Below, piece by piece: positions 38,885 to 53,298 of a stretch of 64,000 bases of DNA. The notes under the pieces are model-generated. The model was not told the DNA's origin, ran no database searches, and saw only the letters and a program-made list of their open reading frames with translations. Within the stretch, counting starts at the first letter, position 1. Each line of letters begins with the position of its first letter. The position numbers and the translations under genes are program-made. Origin of the DNA: Eledone cirrhosa. Its lineage: Eukaryota. Where the stretch lies: positions 108,190,001 through 108,254,000 of the forward strand of contig OZ024742.1 of assembly GCA_964016885.1 (NCBI GenBank), given 5' to 3'.

Positions 38885-41548
38885 CTGGAGGAATTTGAAA
38901 ACTGTATAGTCAACATAGTTCGTAACATCAAGTTCCATAGGAATAGTGCACGACGGACAAAATATCTCAAAAGACTCGGATCCACCATCAAAAGCATGGA
39001 AAAATACCAGGATTTACTCGTGCCCTCGGACAAAACTGGTAACGTATACATGCTTGACCGTTTTACATATAATGACTGACTCGGGAAAGAGATTAGGAAA
39101 AACTATAAGACCACAGGAGAGACAAATTTAGATTATATTAACGCCACGACAAAAAGTATACTGACGGGGACCAGGACTAGAGGATAGGACCGAGGTATAT
39201 GTACCTACAAAACAACGGATATCCATTAAGGACCATAAATTAGACTTTAAAACTAAACTACCGGTTAGGTTAATAGCACCCTCCAAATCCGACCTAGGAA
39301 GGACCAGTAAGAATATTATAGATAGGATAATACCGGTACTTAGAAACAAAACTAAGCTTAACCTATGGACCTCCACTAAAGAGGTAATTGACTGGTTCTC
39401 GATAATAGTTGACAAACACCAAGTAAATTTTATTCAGTTAGAGATAGATAGCTACTACGCGTCAGTATCTCCGATACTAGTCAATAAGGCCTTCATAAGC
39501 GCCATGGCCAGATCTAGCCTCACCAGGGACGAGACCAACCTCATAGTAGCAGCGCCAGAAAGACGCTAATTAGTTTCGAAGACAAGTTATGGGAGAGGAG
39601 GGACAGACCCGACAGTTTCGATATCACCATGGGGTCAAGTGACTCGGCATAGGTGACCGACTTTGTGGGGATATATCTCATCCATAGGTTGACGGAGGAG
39701 ATCCCGGGGATCGGAGGTGGAATATACGGAGACGACGCACTTTTCACCTTCCGTTCCCTTAACCCCAGTCACATGGAGCGCATATCGCATTTTTTTAAAC
39801 AACACGGCTTATCCGTGACAATAGATACTAGCACTAATACGATCAATTTCCTGGACGTTACCTTGGAAATGAATACGGCGTCCACAGACCGTACCATAAG
39901 CCCAACGAAAACCTGCAATATGTGAACAGGCAATCGAATCACCCTAAGTCAGTCATAGAAGCCATAGTTAAAGGGGTATCCAAACGTGTATCGTCGAACG
40001 CAGAAGTGTTTAAACAGCACGCCAAATATTATAATGAGGCACTGCGCAGGGCCGGTTACAAAGACACCATAATATATACCCCGGATAGAGTAGAGCCTAA
40101 TGATAAGGCGTGCAGAAATGCCTATAGCGAGGGCGCCTCCTTAGGTAGAAGAATTGACCCGGTAGCAGTATCCAGGAACACAAATAACAACACAACTAGC
40201 ATTAATGACACAGGACCGACCCGAGGTAGGACTAAGGCACCGATAGGAGCCAGACCACCCAGTACGCGGAGGCATGGGACTGGCATGCACACTGCATACT
40301 CCGCGGCAACTGGGACCTTCGACAGGACTTCGACAAATAGGAACGGGGTACACGCCACGGAGCACGACCAGCCTGGTTCTAGTGCTACAGCACCGACAAC
40401 AGCATCACATAGACGTAAGGGGAATAGACGTATAGATGACCACATAGAACGACGTAACTTTATAACTGTAGAGCATAACCACGACGAACGTAGCGGGCAA
40501 ATAGACAGGGACAACACACGAGACGAAATTGTGGTTGGGCCGAGCACTGGACGGACATCGAGCCCTGGACACACCAACAAGAATCCACGCACACAAAGGA
40601 ACAGATCTAAGACCGTTACCTTGTTCAATGCGCCTTACTCCAAATATGTACGCACCAACGTGCCAGGACTTTTCTTCCCAGCGCTGGATGAGTGCTTTCC
40701 GCCGACAAACAAGTACCACAAAATCTTCAACCGCCATACGGTGAAATTTTCCTTCTCCACGGCGCCGAATATGGCCGACTACATGGCTAAAACTAACACG
40801 GTGAAGATGGCGCACACTGGCAGTCAACCGCATCGACAGAGTGACCGTATTTCGGAGCCCGGAGAACCACCTAGGGACCTGCCCTAAACCCGGCCCCGAG
40901 GCGACCAGAGCGCCCGCGGAGGGCGATATGGTCCAACATCGAGAGGGAAATAGTGGCATGGGGGAACAAACGGTGTTGGCAGTACAACACCCTGAGAACC
41001 TTGAGAGGGTCATAACAGATCGGTACCCGGACATCGGACGCACGAGAACTGACAACAGAACTTGCAACTGTAGAACGGGCACCCGGTTCCCCCTACAGGG
41101 AAAATGCTTGATGAAAGACTTAATATACAAGTGTGTGGTTACAACCCAAAATGTGCATCGAACCTTCATCGGCGCAACATCCACGCCCTTTAAATCGCGG
41201 ATGTATAATCACACGAATTCCTTCAGGGACCGTAACAAGAGCCACTCCACTAGGTTAACGGACCTGGTCTGGGACCTGAAAGACCACGGCACTCCGTACG
41301 CCCTGGAATGGAGTATCGTTCGCCACGCGAGGGCATATTCGGCCGGAAGTAGAAAGTGCCGATTGTGCCTACACGAGGCCATGGAGATAGTCAGACTAAA
41401 GGATGACGCCGTCAACCTGAAGTCTGAAATTATCTTGACATGCAGACATCAGAGAAGATGCACATTTGCAGCAAGGAATCCGCCGGGTGACGCAGGCAGG
41501 GGGAATGGGAACGAGTACGCACAGACCCGATTGGCCCAACGCGATTAG
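38885..41548 (+). pseudogene. Penelope-like pol (RT plus C-terminal GIY-YIG), disrupted
   Basis: DKTGN, KDHK..F...RLI.PSKSDLG, ITMGS.DSA..D.VGIY, GIYGDDAL, INFLDVTL, SNHP, FN.PYS, IFNRHTVK.S.S..PN, CNC..PL.G.C, LIY..FIG.T..FK.R, CRLCL.E, C.H. Confidence 0.92.
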
Positions 41549-42330
41549 GGGACTTGACACCATGCCATGATGACGATGTCCGACCCGTGAGGCAAACATA
41601 TGTAAATCAGGTTCGCTCTTGACCGGGCACACAGCATTGGAAGATACACTGCATGGGCCGGGACCGACTGACACGGGGCCCAGAGCCGCCCGATCCTGTG
41701 CCCTAAACATATAGAACAGCACACCCCAACGACGGTGCGATGCCCCATGGCGACCGGGACGGGTGTCACATTGAATGTGTACCCCGTCAGTCGTGACTAT
41801 ATACTCTCCACCTGGTCCACTTTGGAACAGTGATTATTACTATCATTATTGTGCTGTTACTGTTACCTGTTCTATACACGGACACAAGTTTGCATCTCAT
41901 AATACCTGTGTGTCGTATATCACATGGACACAGGCACCTTCTCCTGTACCCCCCCCCCGTTTTTGTATTTTACCCGTTTTATTTTTTTTATTTTACCCCT
42001 TTTTCTCTTGTACCTATTTATGCAGTTACATACAGATTTTAATGTACCCTAAAATATTGTAAATTTATTTATTTATTTTATTTTATTATCATATTGTGTT
42101 TATATTCGCGGGTTTTTGTGTGTGGACCTGTGCGTGGGTATATGTACGTGTGTGTGTGTTGATGTGTATGTATATACATATATACGTGGGTGGGTGCTGG
42201 GGTGTGTGTATGGGCATGGGTGCGTGTGTGCATGAGCTTATACGCGCGTGCATGTGCAGACATTTGCATGTATGTACATATGTGGCGGAATGTGGGTGTA
42301 TGTGTTTATATGTATATATGTGTGTATATA

Positions 42331-42391
<61 letters not shown>

Positions 42392-42447
42392 GACGTAAAA
42401 TAAGAAAATTTTAAAAATTTAAAATTAACTTACTTACTAAAATTTTC

Positions 42448-42529
42448 ACTCCAACTAATTAGTTTCTGTAATGGGATAAAGATAGTTACGCAATGTAACC
42501 ATCGAGAATTAATTACGTCATCAGGGAGT
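42448..42529 (-). ncRNA. Type I hammerhead ribozyme, intact core (unit A)
   Basis: actcc CTGATGA cgtaat..[gatggttac-attgc-gtaactatc]..attaca GAAA ctaattag TT ggagt. Confidence 0.85.
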
Positions 42530-42985
42530 CTATTCTCAGCTAAGTCTCCAGGCAATGCGCGGACACTAGGGACTCATATAAAAATAATAATTCGGTGGAT
42601 GGAACAGCTAGCGGGGAATGAATTCCATAACACTGAAAAAGTTCACTGTCTCTGGTCAAGTGGCAGATTCTAAAGAATCAATCACGTGACACTGAGGCTA
42701 GTCAGAAGGAGTGGGATGGTATTATGACGAGAGCCTACTACTACTACAATGAATTAGTAGTGGATTTGGCAAGTTTGCTCAACAAATAAATAATTTGGAG
42801 ATAAATATAGAGAATTAGTATATTTACCAACATATGCGTACAGATGTACACTAATGCTAGCAAATACATAAGTTATGTCATAGTACCTAGGTGGTTCAAT
42901 GCAGGGGGATGCAGAACAATTATATGAAAGACGTAAAATAAGAAAATTTTAAAAATTAAAAATTAACTTACTTACTAAAATTTTC

Positions 42986-43067
42986 ACTCCAACTAATTAG
43001 TTTCTGTAATGGGATAAAGATAGTTACGCAATGTAACCATCGAGAATTTATTACGTCATCAGGGAGT
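42986..43067 (-). ncRNA. Type I hammerhead ribozyme, intact core (unit B)
   Basis: Same motif as unit A, 538 bp away. Confidence 0.85.
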
Positions 43068-43641
43068 CTATTCTCAGCTACGTCTCCAGGCAATGCGCGG
43101 ACACTAGGGACTCATATAAAAATAATAATTCGGTGGATGGAACAGCTAGCGGGGACTAAATTCCATAGCACTGAAAAGGTTCACTGTCTCTGGTCACGTG
43201 GCAGATTCTAAAGAATCAATCACGTGACACTGAGGCTAGTCAGAAAAAGTGGGATGGTATTATGACAAGAGCCAACTACTACTATTATGAATTAGTAGTG
43301 GATTTGGCAAGTTTGCTCAACAAATAAATAATTTGGAGATAAATATAGAGAATTAGTATATTTACCAACATATACGTAGAGATGTACACTAATGCTACTT
43401 GCCAAATCCACTACTAATTCATGGTAGTAGTAGTAGGCTCTTGTAATAATACCATCCCACTCCTTCTGACTAGCCTCAGTGTCACGTGATTGATTCTTTA
43501 GAATCTGCCACTTGACCAGAGACAGTGAACCTTTTCAGTGCTATGGAATTCATTCCCCGCTAGCTGTTCCATCCACCGAATTATTATTTTTATATGAGTC
43601 CCTAGTGTCCGCGCATTGCCTGGAGACTTAGCTGAGAATAG

Positions 43642-43723
43642 ACTCCCTGATGACGTAATGAATTCTCGATGGTTACATTGCGTAACTATCTTTATCCCAT
43701 TACATAAACTAATTAGTTGGAGT
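43642..43723 (+). ncRNA. Hammerhead copy with GAAA>TAAA (unit C, predicted inactive)
   Basis: actcc CTGATGA...attaca TAAA ctaattag TT ggagt. Confidence 0.75.
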
Positions 43724-44179
43724 GAAAATTTTAGTAAGTAAGTTAATTTTTAATTTTTAAAATTTTCTTATTTTACGTCTTTCATATAATTGCTCTGCAT
43801 CCCCCTGCATTGAACCACCTAGGTACTATAACATAACTTATGTATTTGCTAGCATTAGTGTACATCTGTACGCATATGTTGGTAAATATACTAATTCTCT
43901 ATATTTATCTCCAAATTATTTATTTGTTGAGCAAACTTGCCAAATCCACTACTAATTCATTGTAGTAGTAGTAGGCTCTTGTCATAATACCATCCCACTC
44001 CTTTTGACTAGCCTCAGTGTCACGTGATTGATTCTTTAGAATCTGCCACTTGACCAGAGACAGTGAACTTTTTCAGTGCTATGGAATTCATTCCCCGCTA
44101 GCTGTTCCATCCACCGAATTATTATTTTTATATGAGTCCCTAGTATCCGCGCATTGCCTGGAGACTTAGCTGAGAATAG

Positions 44180-44261
44180 ACTCCCTGGTGACGTAATGAA
44201 TTCTCGATGGTTAGATTGCGTAACTATCTTTATCCCATTACATAAACTAATTAGTTGGAGT
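44180..44261 (+). ncRNA. Hammerhead copy with CTGGTGA and TAAA (unit D, predicted inactive)
   Basis: actcc CTGGTGA...attaca TAAA ctaattag TT ggagt. Confidence 0.7.
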
Positions 44262-44429
44262 GAAAATTTTAGTAAGTAAGTTAATTTTTAATTTTTAAAA
44301 TTTTCTTATTTTACGTCTTTCATATAATTGTTCTGCATCCCCTGCATTGAACCACCTAGGTACTATGACATAACTTATGTATTTGCTAGCATTAGTGTAC
44401 ATCTGTACGCATATGTTGGTAAATATACT

Positions 44430-44463
<34 letters not shown>

Positions 44464-44743
44464 ATATATATATATATATATATATATATCACTTATATTG
44501 CTCACTATAAAAGCTTTACGGCACAGGCATTGCTTTATATCTGGAGATCTCTCTGCACTTGTCATCACATGGTACCATTGGCCCAGCAGTATGTGTCAAT
44601 AATTGTCACAAGTGTAGTGTTTGTACCAGAGTTTTCAAGTCGTTGGCTGGACTAAAAAGTCTCACTCGTTCAGCGCATCGGTAGGGGTTCTCCTACAGCG
44701 ATGTAAAGTAGTGGCCGTACTCGAAAACGAGTTGGCAACCACC

Positions 44744-44777
<34 letters not shown>

Positions 44778-45110
44778 CTATGTATGTGTGCGTATGTGCG
44801 TGTAGCCACATATGAGTAGGTGTGTGTTTGTGGGTGGGTAAGTGTGTGTATATATATAGATATATGTGTGGGTGGGGGTGCGGGTGCATGCATATGTGGG
44901 CCTCTATATGTGTGTACGTGTATTTGTGCATACATGTATATGTTTATGTGCATCTCATAGGAATGTGTGCGGATTATTATATATGGAATATATATGCTTT
45001 TTATTATTACTATTATTCTTTTTGTATTACTTTATCACAAATCCTTTATATATATCCGTATATGTACGTATGAATCTGTGTATATGTGTGTGTGTGTATG
45101 TGTATGTGTG

Positions 45111-45556
<446 letters not shown>

Positions 45557-45866
45557 ATATGGGGATATATATATAACACATTGTATATTATATTACATTG
45601 TATATGTTTTATGTTACGGTAATTTACCGTTATTTTATGGTATATTGTTTTTTTATTCCATAGTGTATTTTTAATTTTTAATTTACGGTTTTGTTTATAT
45701 ATGTATATGTGGAAGCACATGTGTGTGTAGGCATATATGCATATGGTCAGGTGTATGCATATGGCAACACGTGTGCGTATGCATGTGTAGATGTATGTTT
45801 ATGCGTAGTTATATGTATGTATATATGTGGATGTGCCTATGCATATTAAGTTGTCGGTTTTTATTG

Positions 45867-45985
<119 letters not shown>

Positions 45986-46182
45986 CTATGTACGTGTGTA
46001 TGTATCGTTTGTGTACGTATGTGTTTTTGTATGTATGTGTATTTGTATGTATGTGTGGGCATGTGTGAGTATATATATGTATATATATATGTGTATGTAT
46101 ATATGTGTAAATATATGTGTATGCACATGTGTGTGTATATGTATGTGTATGTATGTGTGTATGTATATATGTGTGTGTATGA

Positions 46183-46238
<56 letters not shown>

Positions 46239-46783
46239 GTATATAAGGTTGGGCGTATGTATGTGTGCGCGCGTATGTATGTATATATGTGTATGTTTGA
46301 GTAGGCCATGCTTATCCCACCTGATACAAGGCGCGAAGTAAGCAGCCGTGATAAGGCTTGTGGCGATATGTATCTACAAGTGGGTGTGACCGGGTCCGTG
46401 GAAGTGAGGGAGAGACTGTGTGTGTATGTTTACTTTTATGTATGTATGTGGGGGGTGTGTGTCTGTGCATGTAGGCGTACGTGTGTGTATGCATAAATAT
46501 GTATCTGTCTGCATGTGCGTGTGTTTATGTGTGTATATTATTATGTGTGGGTGCTTACTCAGAAGTGTGAACAGACGTGTGAAATACTGAACCCAGCATG
46601 ACTCCATAGAAATGTGTCGGACGGAAAATGGCTGATTAACCGTGTGGCAGCAGATACTGACCAGAACTTGTGATGATGTGGAGTTAAAACAGCCAATGGC
46701 ATGACAAGAGTGGAACTAGGCTTTTTTTAGGGTGTTTTTTTATGATAACACCCAGTGATAAAATTTGCTCCAGACGAAACACC

Positions 46784-46874
46784 CGTGTCTGAAAGAACCA
46801 GCAGAAGTAGAATCAGCCAGATCCATACAAGGACCATGTCTCGAGCTACCTGCCGGCGAAACAGTTGTAACACG
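46784..46874 (+). ncRNA. Hammerhead motif with long stem II at the 3' end of the large PLE
   Basis: cgtgt CTGAAAGA accagcag...ctgccggc GAAA cagttg TA acacg, followed by aataaa. The core has one extra A. The left-arm copy (~35245-35320) has lost the CTGA core by deletion. Confidence 0.65.
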
Positions 46875-47003
46875 CAATAAATTAAGTCCAGATGCATCAC
46901 TGATTTTTCGTTTTCTTTATACTATCTACACTCTACTCTGCCGAATATCGAGTGCTAATTTTGACATACCGCCTATGAAAGCACCATAGCTACCATAATA
47001 CAC

Positions 47004-47710
<707 letters not shown>

Positions 47711-47754
47711 AGTGACGAAACATAAGTCAATTACATGAACTCATAATCCTTTAT

Positions 47755-47813
47755 TTACTGCTATATATATTTCGATGATAGCCATTGAATGGCTATGACC
47801 TCATCAGGCAGTT
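47755..47813 (-). ncRNA. Type I hammerhead ribozyme, canonical core
   Basis: actgc CTGATGA ggtc-atagcca-ttcaa-tggctat-catc GAAA tatata TA gcagt, followed by aaataaa. Confidence 0.85.
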
Positions 47814-47894
47814 AATCAGTTCTTAGATATGCCAGCTCTGTGTTTATAGTGTTGATGGTATCAGAGCCTTGGGACATATATACATACATACATA

Positions 47895-47940
<46 letters not shown>

Positions 47941-48305
47941 TCATATGGCGTACCATTATAGTTGATTATATTTCGAAGAATGTGTAAAGAAAAGAAATGA
48001 CGTACATTTTCCTGTAAAGACTACCGCAAGGAAAATTTTTGAAACAAAAGTTCTCGTTGTATAATTATTTAGTAAGCTATAATCAAAATTCTCTAATACA
48101 TGTGTCGAATTCTAAAAATAGATTGAAAATCACTGATGTAGAGAATGAAGATATTATGTTGGAAATAAATTTTGATGAAATTTATTATATGCTGTGGAAA
48201 TAATATTTCATCTTTATGTGAAAAAGAAAACATAAATAACTGAAGCCTGTGGTTGCAACTTTTTAAACGTCTAGGTAGTTATTAACTTAATGTCTCAAAT
48301 TTCAA

Positions 48306-48352
<47 letters not shown>

Positions 48353-48445
48353 CACATAGACACACGCACAGACACATACACACACACGCATACATGCATA
48401 CACATACATACATAAATACATACATAAATACATACATACACACAT

Positions 48446-48564
<119 letters not shown>

Positions 48565-48628
48565 AGTCCTGAGTTCAATCAATACATTAGTTAAGTACAT
48601 ACAACACATTTAATATAAAAATGGCTTT

Positions 48629-48692
48629 TACAGGACTCGAACTGTTTCATTCGGAGCCAGCTCCTTCGAATGAAACAGTTCTTAGTCCTGTA
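48629..48692. repeat. Inverted pair of HHR 3' halves (family of 3175-3225)
   Basis: tacaggactcgaactgtttcattcg / cgaatgaaacagttcttagtcctgta. Confidence 0.7.
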
Positions 48693-48696
48693 GAAG

Positions 48697-48727
<31 letters not shown>

Positions 48728-49237
48728 AAAGAAAGAATGCTGAGAGTCTAAATTAAAATAGATTCTATAATATTTACGAAAACAAAATAACAGTCTTGCC
48801 TTTCCTGTGTATGAATCTGTGGTGCCTTCCTGAATGATGTGGATTCAAAATGGGAGAGGATGTTACGTCTTCTCATTGAAAACTACTGCCATTTCACAAT
48901 AACGATTTTTAGATGATTCATAAGATTTAAATGCATACTAGCATAAGGTCTTTGTCTCAGTGTTTGGCATTTTAAACCTGGCAGAGTCCAATTGGAACGC
49001 AGCCGGTATTCTCCTGGAGACGAGAGAGGATGTGATCTCAAAAAACGGATGAAGAATCGATTACAGTCCTGGTATAGTTCTTTATTTATTGACCTCAAAA
49101 TGATTAATGGGAAAGATGATTTCTTTGAGTTGAATCCGGTGACCCAGAACACATACCGACAACCCAACGATTCCGCGAAATCGACACTTTATGTAGAAAT
49201 ACACACACACTCACACACACACACTCACACACACACT

Positions 49238-49284
<47 letters not shown>

Positions 49285-50089
49285 GCGTATGTGTGTGTGT
49301 ATGTGTGCGCGTGTGTGTATATGTGTGAGTGTATATATATATATGTGTGTGTGTATGTGTGAGTGTGTGTGTATTTCTACATAAAATGTTCATTTGACTC
49401 AAACTTGTAGTTAGTTGCTTCCTTTCTTTCATCCATAAATGTTTGCATTCAGAATTCTTGACAGAAAATTGCAAATTTGTTCAAATTTAATGTAATTGCA
49501 AAAATTTACTACAATTTTCATAACACATAATATTAGTTAAAAGAAAGTTGAGTTACTTCTTACAATTGAATTTACATTTTTTTTATTTTATATTGAAAAG
49601 CAAAAGAGGAATCCAACTATTAACAAATTTGAAATTTATCGTTTGCTATCTAATCCAACTGATATTTCAATTAATTTTCGTATTTGTATCCCTCTATCTT
49701 TCACATCAGTTTTCCATTGGCAATTTATAAGAAAATATGTGGAAATTGTTTAAATTTTGGATATTTCAATTCAAGAACTTTCATTCAATTAAAATTTCAA
49801 ATTCTTAGCATGATTTTTCAGTTTGTTCATAGAATGTTTATATCTGTCAATATTAATTTGAACTGTTTAATTTGCGCTTCCTGTGAATCCCAAACAAAAA
49901 CATTACAGAGAAGAGATGATATGTTATTTATATATTAACGTAACACTTGATTTGTATTATTCAGAGTATTTTTTTAAAAAAATGATTCCTTGACAGAATT
50001 ATCTTTGCTACGCCCATGCTGTGCAACTCGCACTGATGCTATGCTTTAGTGCAGGGATATTCATAAACAAACAAACATTTTAAAATACT

Positions 50090-50266
50090 AACACTGCAGA
50101 GGGTCGGACGCCATGCTTTGCAGCAAAGAGTTACGGCCCTTTACGGTCTGAGTTCCAATCCCGCCGAGGTTAACTTTGCCTTTCATCCTTACGGGGTCGA
50201 TAAAATAAAGTACCAGTAATACACTTGGATAATTGCTGGCCTTGTGCCAAAAGTAGAAACAATTAT
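50090..50266 (+). mobile_element. SINE family A
   Basis: Reverse complement of the 21005-21195 family. Confidence 0.75.
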
Positions 50267-51184
50267 TTCTCTGTTTTTAATTTTCTTTCAACTAAAAACC
50301 TTTAGACATTTTATTATTCAACTGTACACAGCAACGGAAAAATAAAATAAAGGAACACCCGTACACCTTTCTCCTTCAGAAGAACATATCCTAGATACCC
50401 TCCGCAAATAAGATGGCAGATATATTACCCCATGGAACAGCCGCTGATATCCACTGCATTAGCAATTTCCCCTCCTATTTGCCAGAAGCGAGCGGCAGTC
50501 CGAGGAATGTGGACTGAGTACAAAGGATGCTTCCCCAGAACCCGATGCAAAATATGGATCAAAGAAAAGCTGTCGATAGTATTTTCAATTTTATTTAATA
50601 TTTATAATTTTTTAATAGAGTTGACAATTATTTTCGGAGGAGCTAATTTGACATACTTAACATAGTCTCAATTGGTAAACTAGATTCTATAGTATGGTGA
50701 TGATTCGTTAGTCAATTCCATTAACTAATTCGTTAGTCAATTCCATTAACCAATTTGTTACCACATTTCCACGTAATGAAATACACTACCTATTATTTAC
50801 ACAAAAGTTCCAAAATAAAAATTTAGAGTGGCTTAATAACAGGACTAAGCTTTCCCATTGTTTGTCTAATATTTTTATATGAAATTAGGATGGAAGATTT
50901 TAAATAAATATGAATATTTTAAAACAAACAGTAGCTTCACTATGGCAAACAAATACTCGAGAAGTATAGACCAACGGCAATACTTTCTAAAAGTTGATAA
51001 TTCAGGTCAGGTATAAATGCAAAATTTTCATTAATGTGTTTTTTTTTAGATATGAAGCAAACCTTATTTCTAGCATTAGAATAGCTAGAGGCCTACATAC
51101 GTCAATAATTATATCATAAAATCTATTGTATTGTTTAAATAATATATATATCCATATCTATTTCTCTCTCTCTCTCTCTCTCTC

Positions 51185-51233
<49 letters not shown>

Positions 51234-51363
51234 TATATATATATATATATGATTCCAGTTCCTCAGTGAAATAATAACCCAACCAGGAACTGGGCATATC
51301 AGAGTATTGACAAAATTATACACCTCAACAACATATGTACTTGTCTATACCACACTAATTCGG

Positions 51364-51418
51364 ACTGCCTGAACAGGTCACAGCCAAAGATGGCTGTCAC
51401 TGAAATATATATAGCAGT
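51364..51418 (+). ncRNA. Decayed hammerhead (CTGAACA core), family of 47755-47813
   Basis: actgc CTGAACA ggtc-acagcca-aaga-tggctgt-cact GAAA tatata TA gcagt. Stem II covaries with the 47.8-kb copy (atagcca/tggctat vs acagcca/tggctgt). Confidence 0.7.
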
Positions 51419-51561
51419 AATAAACGAAGCTAAATTTTAAACATTTGACTTATTTATTTTACTTTATTTTACATTACTCTGGAGTAACCAAACCAACCTG
51501 CGCACTTCGTCGAGTGCTCCAGCCTGCATACTGAGGTGTTGGTATACAACCAACATATACT

Positions 51562-51631
<70 letters not shown>

Positions 51632-51674
51632 ATATATATGTGTGTGTGTGAGCGTGTTTGTATATATGTGTGCG

Positions 51675-51740
<66 letters not shown>

Positions 51741-51744
<4 letters not shown>

Positions 51745-52620
51745 GTGTGTCAGAAACGAAACCAGACAGGTTGCAAAGAAAATATTTCAAATCCAAACTA
51801 CAAGTTACAAATTTTCCCCTTCGAAATAATCCCCCTCGAGTATAACGCATTTCCCATACTTCTCTGTCACGCCTCCATGCACACCTGGAAAGATTCTCCC
51901 GGGATTTTCCGTAGCTCTGTCTTTACGGCCCTCTTGATGGCTTCGACGTCCGGAAAACGGGTTGTACTTGAAGATCCATGATCATCACCGGTGATGACTC
52001 TCCCCAGCAATCTGGTTTTGTTTCAAGACACACGAGGATGTCCTGACACACCTACATGTGTCACTTCTTCACGTCATCGTTCAGCAACTTCGGTATCATC
52101 TTCGCACACATCTGCATGCCCAAATCGTCGGTGATAATATTCCAAACGTTGTCACGGTTGATGTCCAACTTACTTGTGATCAGTCAATCAGGCAGCCGAG
52201 GATCACCACGCACCACCTGACTCACACTCAATGTTGGCCAGAGTCCTGTTCGTTGAAGGCCTTCCACTCCTGGGGTCGTTTTTCACATTTTATGCCACTC
52301 GAAAACCCGTGAGCGTGACATTGTCTCATCTCCGTACACTTGATGCAGTATTCCAAGTGCTTCTAACGGAGTTTTCTCCTGCCAGACCGGAAACCCCAGG
52401 TTGATTCGTTGCTCTGTGCTCATCGCGTGACGGCCCAAGATTGAGGAGCTGTTAAGGAAAGCACGAGAAAAAAACATACGATGGCTGCAGAGACCTGAGA
52501 TCGAAGTTTTATACTCCCTTGCTATTACGTCACACAGTGAGTTAACCCGCTAATCCTTATCTTACCTCACTCATAGCCCACATAGCACACTAAGTCCTGT
52601 TACTTTTCTGACACACCTCG
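51741..52620 (-). mobile_element. Internally deleted mariner (Tc1/mariner) transposon in (TA)n
   Basis: TIRs (t/c)gaggtgtgtcagaaa / tttctgacacacctcg flanked by TA. Remnants EQRIN..VYGDETMSRSRVFEWHK, VITGD and C-terminal EGDYFEG. Confidence 0.9.
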
Positions 52621-52629
52621 TATATATAT

Positions 52630-53067
52630 ATAATTATAAAATAACAGGAGACTGGACTGGTGTAATTTCTTAAAGGTTTATTATACTATGAACATTTCAA
52701 TGACCGGGTTCAGTATGAAACCGGTGACATCATCAGGCATTCGAAATTTAGCAGCCTTCTCGTCTCTCTGCTTTTTCAGCCCCATGGATTGTGTCTATTA
52801 TATTCCTTTGTTAAATTTCGAATACCTGATGTTGTCACCGGATTCATACTGAACCCGGTCATTGAAATGTTCATAGTATAATAAACCTTTAAAAAATTAC
52901 ACCAGTCCAGTCTCCTGTTATTTTATAATAATTAACTCCGTACTAGCACCACCAACACAAACGAAGACGAGTGAGTTGCATTACGTCGAGTGCTCTCTCT
53001 AGTATTACATCAAGGTTGACTATACGGAGTGACCAGTTCTATCCAGTGGTGAACCAACAAACCTAAA

Positions 53068-53137
<70 letters not shown>

Positions 53138-53298
53138 TTTAGGTTTGTTGGATAGAACTGGTCATTCCGTATATACAACCTTGATGTAATATTAGGGAGA
53201 GCACTCGACGTAATGCAACTCATCCGTCTTCGTTTGGGTTGTTGGTGGTGCGAGTACGGAGTTAATTATTATAAAATAACAGGAGGCTGGACTGGTGT
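52630..53298. mobile_element. Double fold-back of an HHR-bearing element: HHRs at 52683-52740 (minus, intact CTGATGA) and 52822-52879 (plus, CTGATGT)
   Basis: 52632-52749 is inverted at 52813-52928, and 52898-53070 is inverted at 53133-53298 around (TA)n. Same family as 7380-7560. Confidence 0.8.

Larger units (their letters stand above)
42385..44436. repeat. 538-bp non-coding tandem repeat, about 1.9 units on the minus strand joined head-to-head (junction ~43397) to about 1.9 units on the plus strand; one HHR per unit
   Basis: tgaaagacgtaaaataag at 42387 and 42925 gives a period of 538. 43398-44436 is the reverse complement. Inserted between (TA)n and (CT)n(TA)n. Confidence 0.95.

Noticed and set aside
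40122-41184. Antisense ORFs of 168 and 259 aa over the PLE linker
   Set aside because: They are shadows of a GC-richer coding strand with no recognisable motifs.
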